64,000 bases of DNA from Octopus sinensis (Eukaryota), in contig NC_043005.1 in the NCBI RefSeq assembly GCF_006345805.1, forward strand, positions 8,184,001 through 8,248,000, given 5' to 3'. How positions within the stretch are numbered: position 1 is the first letter of the stretch; every line of letters starts with the position of its first letter. Below, one piece after another: positions 52,730-64,000 of this stretch. The translations under genes and the position numbers were made by a program. The notes beneath the pieces are model-generated. The model saw nothing but the letters and a program-made list of their open reading frames with translations. It had not been told where the DNA came from and made no database searches.

Positions 52730-55700
52730 GGAAAAATCGTATAAATAAAAGAGCATAACAATAGATTAATTGAGAGGAGTTTCGGAAAATATTCACACGA
52801 TCCGATTTTTTTCCCTCATAACTTTCAGGAAAATAGATATCTTTTAATGAAGGCTTATACAAAAATCCTTTCAAACGGCATAGATTACAATTATAAAGAA
52901 ATTATGAGGAAAATGTTTTCGAGGGAGTGAGGAGAGGAGTTTCGGATGACGAAGACGAAATAATTTAGAACCACACTGTTTTGACGGTGATTTCCCCATT
53001 TTTTAAAAATCACAGCCTTCGAAATGATGGGTTGGGTCGAGGTGAGGGCATCTTTGTAGGAAAAAGTTTTTAATTTTTAATTTTACAACCTCACTCCCTC
53101 ATTATCACATTCTGGATATATTTTGTTCAATTTTTTGGCACTTGAAAACCATGGGAGGTATTTATTAGGTAAAGAAAAACATTAATATTTTCAGTGGGTT
53201 GAGTGATTTAAGGGAGATTTGGCTGTTGTTTCTAGTTCATCCCAAGAGAACCCTCCTCGTTTCTTTATCATCCTCGCATGCCTTGATATTTTCAATATTT
53301 TCTATAAATACACATCATTGAAAAATGATGATATTTTCGCAATTTCTCTCCCTTCCACCGATTGTTTATGTTTACAATTTAAAATAGATGAAAGCTTGAG
53401 AAATCCATTGCTGGTATTTATCCACAGTGATTAAAAAAAGTTACGTAAGCGATAATCCATTTTAATAGCATACTTTTCTGTTAGAAAATGTTTCTTCTTA
53501 CGCACACATACAACTTCGCTTGAATGAGGTAAACATTTAGACCACAATTGTTTTTTTGTTGCTTATATTCAACAATGAACCACACATATGTTACTTCGGC
53601 ATCATCATTCCATGAAATATGTTTAATGGGAGGAAAATATTGAAAAACATAAAATATTGAAAATATCTGAACGTTCCTTGAATTATTCGCCTTTTCCTCT
53701 GAAAATATTTACGCTTTTGTTTGACCGGAAATGTTCCTCCCATGGTTTTCAAGATTAAAAAAATTACCAAAATCGGTCCGGATTATTATTATTGTAAGGG
53801 TTACAGCATTCCAAACAGCCATATCAATAAAGTCACTTCCGAATTGTTTTTACAAAATTTATACTGGTATATTAAAAGATTTTCATTCAATAAATAATGT
53901 TTTTATATTACGTATATAGAATAAACTGTGGATTTTGTAAATAGCGAATTAAAACTTGAAAAGAAAACATTGGAATGGAAACAGAATACTTCGCAGTGAA
54001 TGCAACAAATATTTAAATATTTAAATATTTAAATTTAAGGGTCACTTTCCAGGTGGTACAGACGTATTAAGTATCGTAGAAGATATTCAGCACCCAAATG
54101 CCAATCTCAAAAATCTATTTTTCCTAATTCGTCCACCTCACTTTCATCGTTAATAATAAAATCCCTTAACATTGTTCAAATAAACACTTTAGAACAAAGC
54201 CGTAAGACGAATTCAATGTATTATTTAGCTACAATAAAGAGCTATGCGCCATATTCTCTCTATCAATTCTCTCAAACTAACTCATAAATTTCCTCTCAAT
54301 CAACTATGACAGGGGACAATATTCTTAGACTTTTCGTTTTAGTTTCATTGTAGTTAATTACATTTTGATCATTTTCAGATAGAACTTATTTATACAAACT
54401 ATATTTATACAACTGCGCGAGATAAATTTATCTAATGGAGAGAGTAGGTGTTATGTGATTTAGATTTATAAGCAAATTGAATATATACAGACGTTATGCA
54501 TTAAGACACCTTTCGCAGACAGATGTAGGCGTTAGTGATTTCCAGAGTCTATTTGCCTTGTTTTCTCAGTGTTTCATTTAGGTATATATAACTAGACTCA
54601 TGTGCATGCAATTTATCCTTCGCAACTCAGCATTTTCATCCAATTTTCTTTATAATATACGCGTTTAAAGTAACACTTAAAGAGAAAATATAGTATATTT
54701 GTTACTAGGTGTGATACTAACAAATATGGAAGCACTTCTATTTGATGACATGACAATGAGAATGAGGTGGATAAATTAGGAAAAATAAAACAATGATAAC
54801 AGATAAAATAATAAATGTGTTGAAATAAAAAGCGGATTCAATATGGATGAGTATGATGGAAAACAATCAATAATTTCAGATATAAAGTAATAATGATGAC
54901 AAATTTCGTATTCAAAAATCATATATGCAAATGATATTCCACATATATTGATTTATTATAATTTTCTTTTTAATGGGTTAGGTGTGGGACTACGGATGTG
55001 TACTGGTACTGTCGTCAAAAATTTAATTGATCATATCGAACATGTTTCTTAATTCTGTACCTCTTACCATATCGATCTATTGGTCGAATTACCAAGGTAT
55101 GAATCATAACAATAAGCAATACTGTTTTCTAGGTCTGTGATGATTTTTCTTGAAATTTATGTACCTAAGTCATATAGGTAGTTTTTTTTAATCAGAATAT
55201 TATCGATGCTATTTAGTATTCCACTGCACTTTCTCCGAGAAAAGTAAAATATGAAAAACGTGAATATCGAAAAAATGAAAACCAAATATTCATTCATTCG
55301 TTGTCCCTCAGGTACGGTCTACAATTCCTGTTTATATTAATAAAACCAGAATATCAATTAAATATACTGGGGAAATGAAAAAGTAAATATTTTTTCTAGA
55401 TACGAATAATTGTTGCTGAAGACGATTCACGGCATATATTGAACCATATGTAAACTTGAGAGAGATTTTTGGGTGAAATGCATAAGATACATGTGGAATT
55501 GGTTAACAATTATTTGAGCCCTGAATATTAAAAAATATCTATGTTAGAAACGCGTATATAAAGCGTGAAATCGCTTATTATGTTATATACACTAAATAAT
55601 ATGTACTGAATATGAAAAACAATAAAACTGAAAATTATTTACAGACTTTCGAATCGAAAAAAGTTGCTAATTTTTAGAAATATGAAAATTTGAAGAATAT

Positions 55701-57937
55701 GAAAAAATCGAACTTAATATTCTTCCTGACAATTTTTAATATTGCAATACCTACCACTTCCCATGACAGTTACTATCCACATTATAAGAATAATACTACA
55801 ACTGCTGTCAACAGCAGCAATAATATAAAATTATATGAAGTTAACTTCCATAGAAATGCTAAAAGAATTATGCGATAATCTTTTAGGAAAAAGTAAGAAA
55901 AACGAAGAAACAATGCAAAAATAAATAAACACTCTATCTAGACTATTTATAAAATCATTGGACATTACACGACAGCTCTGAAGGAAAAGTACAAATAATA
56001 ATATAAATAGAAAAAATAAAATAAAGAAATAAAATAATATATGAGTCTCTTTGAAATTTGTTTCTGTAATTCCTCCTGTTATATGAATCGAAGTTTATGG
56101 TATTATTAATAAAAATTTGATTTTGTCACGTTTGCAAAATCTTTTAAGCGTTTTAATCGTGTCTGGTGAAAGCAAAGAAATAATGCCAAAAAGAAAGTAA
56201 TATGAAAATATTAAGAAATAAAAATTACAAATATAAGAATATTTAAATGTCTCAAAACAACTTGTGAGGGAGGTTTCTCATAACAAATAATACTAAATAT
56301 TACTGTTTTTTTCTGTCTTGAGGAATTTATCATGAAATCTTGTGAAATGCATTTATTAGTTATTTATTATTTTTTATCATTATAATATGGTAAAAGAAAA
56401 TAGTTTTCAGAATCGACAAATGTTTGCCGATTTTAACCAAAGAATTCTTCACTGAGAGATTATATAAAATAGGGAATAACATATTCTTATGGGAAAATTC
56501 TTCGTTCTTTGACAAATGGATTTTGAATTGCTTTATAAAAAGAAAACCAAATATAAGAAATAAGCATAGATGTGCTCACATTCCTATGGCATCAAGCTGT
56601 GGAATTTGTTTACAAAAAATACAGGAAACCCAAAAGGAAAATGGTAAAACAAACCAAATCTAGGAATTGTGTTTTTCTAGGAAAAATGTGTTTTTTTATA
56701 TTTGTCATCCGATAGATTATCTGCTATGGAATTTCAAATCGATTTTGATATATATTTGCTTACCGTTAAAGTTCGTGTGTATTTACAAATGGCTTTCTGT
56801 TGAAATGTATGTGCGGATACATGCATGCATAAATTAGGGTGCAGCACATTCTCATATACGGTTGTAGAGTTTGCAAGTATACTCAACTACATATAGAGAA
56901 GAATTAGAATGTTGCTGGTTGTTTCTGTCAAGACTTCCAACTAATCCGTATCCAAAATGGTTTGTTACTATCCCAGCTGATACAGTACAATTTAATAAAA
57001 ATAAGAAAACTCTGTTCTCTCTACATTATGTCAGCAGTGGTAATAATCAGTATAAAGTTTGTACTGTACAGTGAAAAAATAACAATCATCTGAGATCAAA
57101 GGACTAAAAACGTGAAGAAAATTATACAAATGAAAACTGAAAGATACAGAATGATTATAAAATCGACAGACATTACCAACTCACTCCTGTGTTAAAAAGC
57201 ATCTAAAGTAAAAAATATAAAAAAAAACTTTGAATATCACGGAGAAATTTCTATGAGTGTAAAACGAAAGAAATGTAATGTATCGTAACAAGTTCACTAT
57301 TGCAGCTATTCTCATATTTGTAATGGGCTTTAAACTTAAATTCTTAGTATAAATATCTTTAATGCAATAAGTCGTCTTTATGAGGCAGCTAAGCCTATAT
57401 TATCCCGTCAATAATGACTGATAACGAACATGAATTGTAGAAAAGCACCATGGCACACATTTACCAGTAGAAAGTAGCTAGTAATTATATTTTACTCCAT
57501 TGATCATAGAGGCAATAATAGGAATAACTGGTGGATTACATTTATTTGGTTAGTGAAATGATTTAACTGTTAATTAAGTTCTCCTTGATTATATGGTTAG
57601 TAAAGATGGAGGTTTTAGGACGAATTAGATTAGAGAAGTGACTGATGCATAATATAAGGGTAACAAGAGGATAAGCGCGTAAATTTAGAAGTAGTAAGCA
57701 CGTACAAGAAAGCGGCCGCTGTATTAATAAGCGGACAAAGAGATAATGTCTCAGTGAAATGTTAGGTAAATGAAAGAACATTAGTCCTTTCACCAGACGG
57801 ATGCTTATATTTTGGGATACAGTTCAATATGTACGAGTGACTAGACACCACTGTTGAAGATGTATATATTCCTATGGCAGGCAAATTTTTGGTTTGCATA
57901 AGGCTTTCCTGGAGGTAAGGTTTACTCTCTCTCCCTC

Positions 57938-58014
<77 letters not shown>

Positions 58015-58027
58015 TATATATATATCA

Positions 58028-59236
58028 GAGAGCGCTTTCGATGTGAGCATGAGTTCATATGATGGGGCAGGCATCTGTGATCTAATTGGACTTTTTCTCC
58101 TAGATACCTTAGGTAAGACATTCCCTAACGTACATTTCGCCATCTACAAAGATGATGCCCTCGCCTTAACAGCTAATACAAATGGACCAGCACAAGATCG
58201 TTTTAGGAAGGATATTATCCAGTTAATGAAACATTTCGGACTTAGTATAACTATAGATACTAACCTGACGGTTGTCAATTTCTTAGACGTTTCCTTAGAT
58301 CTTAATAAGAATATTTATAAGCCTTATAGGAAGCCCAATGATAGACTAAGTTATATTAATGTAGGTTCATGCGATCCCCCTATAGTATTCAAAAATTTAG
58401 TTAAAAATATTAGTAAGAGGATTTCTAGCCTCTCATCTGATGAGGACATCTTCAATAGCGTTGCCCCAGTTTATAACAAGGCTTTAAAAGATAGTGGTTT
58501 TAGCAATAAAATAAAATATACACCTATCACTAGCCCAACAGTAAGGAAAAGGAATAATAGAAATAGGAAGGTCATCTGGTTTACGCCCCCTAACTCACCC
58601 GAGGTGGCCTTCAATATAGGTAAATATTTCCTAGCACTGATAGATAGACAATTTCCAGTTAACCATACTTATAGGAAACTCTTCAATAGACACAATTTAA
58701 AAATTAGTTTTAGTTCAACTACCAATTTTAAAAACATAATCAAACATAACATACAAAAAACACAAGAAGAAAACAGCTGTTCATGCAGGAATAAAGAATT
58801 GTGCCCGCTAAATGGAGCTTGCATGTCCAAGACCATCATATAGGAAGCTACCGTAAACTCTATAACCACTAAAGACACCGTTTCGACGAAGAAATACGTG
58901 GGCCTGACAGAGGGTAATTTCAAGGCCAGGTTCAATAACCACACTTTGAGCTTTAGACACTGCAACAAAAGAAAAGCGACACAATTGTCTAATCATATTT
59001 GGTCTTTAAGAGATAAAGGTGTCGATTATAACATACAATGGAAGATTTTGGCCAGATGTAAGTCCTATACTAACGGCAGCGGAAGGTGCGGTCTATGCGA
59101 CATGGAGAGATGGCTTATCTGGAAAAGCAGCTTAGACCCTACTACATGTCTAAATACAAGGACAGAGCTTTTCGGATCATGCCCACATGTGACTAAATTT
59201 CTGTTACGTTTTTGGTCCCCTAAAGAAAACAGATAG
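58028..59236 (+). pseudogene. PLE RT C-terminal half + GIY-YIG endonuclease, one nonsense change
   Basis: ORFs 58043-58843 and 58898-59236 are in one frame. TAG at 58841-58843 is TAT (Tyr of IIYEA) in the sister copies at 31-34 kb. Confidence 0.9.
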
Positions 59237-59439
59237 AATATGCTTTCTATGTTATGTCCCAAGAAGAATTTATATATTTTTATATATTTTTATATATTTT
59301 TTATATATTTTTTATGTATCTTTATATAATTTTTATGACGAAAAATGCGAGCGATGTATAAGTACGCAGTCAAGCAGAGTTATAACAGAGTAATTTCCCT
59401 TTATTTAACGGTATTTTTTCATAACGGTTTCAAATAGCC

Positions 59440-59502
59440 AGATAACCGAAGAGATGGTGTTGTGGATTTCCACTTCGGCATCTGAAACTCAGAGTTTTAT
59501 CT
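59440..59502 (+). ncRNA. Variant hammerhead motif in the PLE 3' region (also 30079-30140 -, 31893-31955, 33012-33074, 34132-34194)
   Basis: AGATAA CCGAAGA GATG..GTGG-ATTT-CCAC..CATC-T GAAA CTCAGAG TT TTATCT. Confidence 0.6.
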
Positions 59503-60096
59503 TGACTACCGAGTAATGTAACATATTGTATAGATAAATTTCCTCTATTTACATAATATTGAGGTCTCTTTCTTTCTTTTGTTATCTTACCGTTTTATCA
59601 ATATATATATATATATATATAATGAACTAAATAAGGGTGAGAAAATTGGATACTAATTTAATAGTACATCCATTTAACACCATGTGGCTTAGTGCATAAA
59701 AACCAGGAATACAATAAATTTTATACGTAAATATAAGAGAGTAACCACTATGTAGCACTAAAAATAGATCCGCTAGTTTTCAGCCACGAAGAATTGTTTC
59801 CGATGAAAGTTAGCTAACCTGGATTAATTCAAACAAAAATGTCATTTATTGCTTTTTGACGTTGTAAATGAGCAAGTATTATATGATCTACAGTGAGTTT
59901 CAAGAACATTGAGTAGGAATATGTCTGACATCTTTCTGCTCTGTAGATTCGTATATGCCAACGAATAAGGAATCGAACATCGATCTACTTTATTTAATAA
60001 ATGGATAAACAAATGAGTGGATGCAAGAATACTAGATAATTGAAAGAATCTAAATCATTTGGACGAAACCAAATTGGTTACTTTTGTATACTCAGT

Positions 60097-60316
60097 TTTA
60101 AAAGTAGAAAGATGGCTTTGCACATTTTTTTCGGAACACATTTGGTTCCTTTAAACACACACACGCACACACACACACACACATACACGCACACACACAC
60201 ACACATACACACACACACGCACACACACGCACACACAAACACACACACACACATGATTAAAGGGAACCAATTTTTTACGAAGAATTTGTGCAAAGCCATC
60301 TTTCTATTTCTAAAAT
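60097..60316. mobile_element. MITE-like inverted repeat enclosing a (CA)n tract
   Basis: 60097-60154 is inverted to 60257-60316 (TAGAAAGATGGCTTTGCACA / TGTGCAAAGCCATCTTTCTA). Confidence 0.65.
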
Positions 60317-60319
60317 CGT

Positions 60320-60711
60320 TATATATAAAAGTGAGGTTGTGTGCTGTCTGTCTCCTACGATTTAGATTCCTAACTACTCCCACATTTTGCGGTGCAGTTT
60401 AACCAAAACCGGTTATCTTATAGTCGTGATTCATATCGAGCCCTTCTGGGTATTAGCGCGCGTCTACGATGAGTCTACGATTAAAAAAAAAATTTACCAT
60501 CAATTTTTCCCATTTTTTAATGCATTTTTGGCATATATAAGGGAAGTAACACTCCAAAAATTTATTAAATCTCAGAACGTAAAAAGCCACAGTAACACCC
60601 CCCCCCTTTGTGGTTAGCCATATTGGGATGGCTATTATACTTTACATCTCTAAAAATGCTTATATAGTTATTTCCCTTACAAACCCGAGCAATGCCGGGC
60701 GATACTGCTAG
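60320..60711 (+). mobile_element. Non-autonomous Helitron
   Basis: 5' TATATAAAAGTGAGG..TGTCTGTC. 3' hairpin CCCGAGCAATGCCGGG followed by CTAG (60708-60711), like the end at 37404-37431. Confidence 0.75.
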
Positions 60712-62269
60712 TTGAATATATAAGACTAACCGATTTGGTTTTGTCCAAATCATTTAGTTATTTTTAATTATATAATATTCTTTTTCATCCACTCTACTTA
60801 TTTGTTTATTCATTTATTAAATGAACTGGATCGACGTTCGATTCCTTATTCGCTGACATATACGAATCTACAGAGCAGAAAGATGTCAGACATATTCCTG
60901 TTCAATGTTCTTGAAACTGATTCTAATTCATATTATTCTTGCTCATTTACAGCGTTACAAAGCAATAAATGTCATTTCTGTTTGACTTAATTCAGATTAG
61001 TTTAATTTTGTCTATCTTGCTTCATCAATGATAATCATATTACTTTATTGTTACTTATATCTATTCTACATGGCTATAATGTTTCGTATAATCAAATAGA
61101 AGGGTGGTTTTGTTTATCCCCATATCAGCCCTGACGGAGCAGTCTTTCAACGCTCAAATCGTGATAATAGTCTCTTTTTATGGTTTTCTGTTTCCAGAAC
61201 TACATCAGCTTCGATAAACACTTTTTAATGTTAGGTAGTGGCTTGAGTTAGATTTTGATGCTATTTATGACTTGTACAATATTGTAAGCTTTCGTTTTTG
61301 CAACCAGTCTTCAAAACTCAAGTTCATTTTGAGTAAAGGGTACTTCTCGTATATTTGTGCCTGGGAAAACATAGCATCCTATTTTTCTATTAGTGTTTGC
61401 AGAACAAATGAGATATCATTAAATCAGTGATTACCGGAAGTACAAATGTAATGACTTTATCAACTCAGCAAGTGTATGTGCTCGTGACTCTACCTGGATA
61501 TGTGACTGTGCCTGTGTATGATTGTATGTTGGTGTGTGCATATTTGTGTAAATAATGACTTGCATTGTAAAGTACATAACATAATATATGGAACTGTGCA
61601 GGGGTTTTCACCAATGAAAGGGGCTTCGAAAACTGAGTAGAATCGTTCGTATAGATGAAGTGTATGAAACCATTATTGTGATGTTTGGAGGGTTGTCATC
61701 TCCTTTACTGGGCTATGCAGATATAATTAGTAACAGGTTTGTAGAAAGACGAGTATGGGAATTATATGCGCAATAATGAAAAAGCATTGCATTAAATTGA
61801 TGTTTCAGAGATTATTTAATCAAAAATGTTGGCAGGCGCCAGAGAAAATCATTACTTCACATTCAGAGACATCTGTGCCAGTAAGTTCTCAATCCATCAT
61901 AAAATACTTTATTCTAGTTCAAATTCAAACTTACCTTTTTGTCGATATTTCAAAATCCAGAGAACTCATGTTTGTGGAACTAGTATTTATTTTAGCATTT
62001 GTTAAAAACGTAGGCACGCCATTTTAAAGTTAAATGTTTATAAATTTTACACTTTACGCCATATTTTCAATAAACCGTTGTCATCTGTTGATGCAGTACA
62101 CAACTCCAACTATCAATTAGAAAGATTGATATCATAAGCGTGCTATGTTGCGTCTAATCTGAGAATTGTAAACGTTTTGTGACAGCGGGCTCAAACTGCA
62201 GGAACTTATAAATCTTCCAATTTCCAATGCAATATTTTTACGTCTTTATGTATTTAAACGTCTTTATGT

Positions 62270-62620
62270 GTGAAGGCGCATGGCTCAGTGGTTAGAGCGT
62301 CGAGCTTACGATCGTGAGGTTGTGAGCTCGAATCCCGGACCGGGCTGCGTGTTGTGTTCTTGAGCAAGGCACTTTATTTCACGTTGCTCCAGTTCACTCA
62401 GCCGTAGAAATGAGTTGCGACGTCACTGGTGCCAAGCTGTATCGACCTTTGTCTTTCCCTTGGATAACACTGGTGGCGTCGAGAGGGGAGGCTGGTATGC
62501 ATGGGCGACTACTGGTCTTCCATAAAAAAAAACAACCTTGCCCGGACTTGTGTCTAGGAGGGCAACTTTCTAGGTGCAATCCCATGGTCATTCATGACCG
62601 AAGGGGGTCTTTTACCCTTT
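62270..62620 (+). mobile_element. tRNA-derived SINE of a further family
   Basis: GGCGCATGGCTCAGTGGTTAGAGCG (A box), AGCTCGAATCCC (B box), then TGTGTTCTTGAGCAAGGCACTT core. Confidence 0.8.
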
Positions 62621-62890
62621 ATGTTTTGGACTGTTGTCAATATTATGGTTAAGCAACTAAAACTTAGCCGGAGAATGCACTTGGATGTAACTTTTGACTA
62701 TCATTGATTTGTTAGTTCTATTCTTACTTTGTATTATTTCCAAAATATTATTCCCATTTCATTTCTGATTAGCCTCCTACAGAATGGTAAGTAGTTTATG
62801 AAATTGCCATTTGCTACAAGGCCAGAAATTTTGATTAATCTATGGGCGGTGTTTAAAAGCTTTCGTAACGGGAGAGTGAGACTTTAAGAT

Positions 62891-62929
<39 letters not shown>

Positions 62930-63025
62930 ATGTATGTATGTATGTATGTATGTATGTATGTATGTATGTGCTTGTGTATTAATCTACATACATATACACA
63001 TATACAAATATATGTATGTATATAA

Positions 63026-63062
<37 letters not shown>

Positions 63063-63070
63063 CACAGACA

Positions 63071-63132
<62 letters not shown>

Positions 63133-63368
63133 CAGTATTGGCCAAAAGTCACATGGTAGTAAATCAAAATTCCATAAATACTTAATATTCAATTTAATTT
63201 ATTCATTCCAATTATGAATGTTTAATAATTGAATGCTGTGAATTAAAAATCGACGTTTCTTTTCAACATTTGTCTATTTATTAGCAAAGTCTAAAAAATA
63301 ATATTGTGTTTTAATCTTGGAATTAAATGATTTTTGATTTACTGTCATGTGATTTTTGGCCAACCCTG
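63133..63368. mobile_element. Tc1/mariner-type MITE
   Basis: TIRs CAGTATTGGCCAAAAGTCACATG / CATGTGATTTTTGGCCAACCCTG with TA on both sides. Confidence 0.8.
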
Positions 63369-64000
63369 TACGTATTACTACATATGAATAAAGTTGAATT
63401 TGACATGCTACCAAATATATTTTACGTGACTTTCGACATAGGACAAGAAATCAGGAGTCATGGTGTCATAAAGCAAACAACGGCAGTTAAAGATTAAATG
63501 AATATTAAAGCTAATTATTATTGTTGGTAATTGCATCATCCAAATACTTCTTTAAAACTCATAAACTATAGAAGTCTTACACATTTACCATTCAGCTGTC
63601 ATAGAATGATGGATAGTGAGAATATTTACAAGCAGCCACGTTTTATATAGTCTTTTCGTCGGTGACCTGCGTTAGCATTTGATTACTGTAGATAGGAGGC
63701 CTATTCACTTTGAAATTAACTTGCCACGTGTACTATCTAATTATTTCCATTAACGTCCAGACATTGAAGAATTAACTTTCGATTCTCTTTTACAGGTCTT
63801 CAAAAGTAAGAAAACTTATTAAAATTAAAATATTCAGCAGTTAATAGGAAATAAGGATTATACGTAAACCTATCTCCTGAAATATTTCCTTAATGATAAC
63901 CAAAACGGATTAAATTGCGGTCATATAGTGAACAAATTACTGAAAATAACTGAAAATAAATGCACTGTCCGTAAATTATGAAGGTGATTAAACAGACAAC

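Larger units (their letters stand above)
58026..59601 (+). mobile_element. 5'-truncated Penelope-like retroelement, Naiad-type, inserted in (TA)n
   Basis: RT motifs FDVSMSSYDGAGICDLIG, IYKDD, VNFLDVSL, PYRKPND. GIY-YIG with CxC-x5-C-x5-C, IIY..YVG, CGLC, LNTRTE..CPH. 3' UTR HHR-like motif. (TA)n on both sides. Confidence 0.9.

Noticed and set aside
58780-59370. Selenocysteine/SECIS, as reported for some Naiad elements
   Set aside because: All Cys codons in the endonuclease are TGT/TGC, the only stop is a copy-specific TAG, and ATGACGAAAAATG in the 3' UTR cannot form a SECIS-length helix.
62270-62345. Bona fide tRNA gene (also 40598-40675 and 2205-2280)
   Set aside because: A/B boxes are present but the acceptor stems are imperfect and the sequences continue into SINE bodies.

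Overview
AT-rich, repeat-dense eukaryotic intergenic or intronic DNA. It is packed with (TA)n/(CA)n/(TG)n microsatellites and tRNA-derived SINEs, a repeat landscape that looks like an octopus (cephalopod) genome (inference). I can support no intact host gene; nearly all ORFs in the track are microsatellite or SINE artefacts. Recognisable mobile elements are two Penelope-like (PLE) families (a Naiad-type RT + GIY-YIG element with several truncated tandem and inverted copies, and a YLDD Neptune-like fragment), a decayed CR1/L2-type LINE, Tc1/mariner relics and MITEs, two Helitron derivatives, and an ORF1-only zinc-knuckle element inserted into a SINE head with a 27-bp duplication. The main signal not explained by the ORF track is at RNA level. 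About ten mutually unrelated short non-coding repeat families, mostly sitting in or beside (TA)n tracts, carry hammerhead ribozyme (HHR) motifs with short palindromic stem III. These include a ~445-bp tandem array with one HHR per unit (retrozyme-like, 34319-35412) and a duplicated element whose hammerhead strands appear in a non-circularly permuted order (24831-24897, 25593-25659). All ribozyme calls come from manual base-pairing and are untested.
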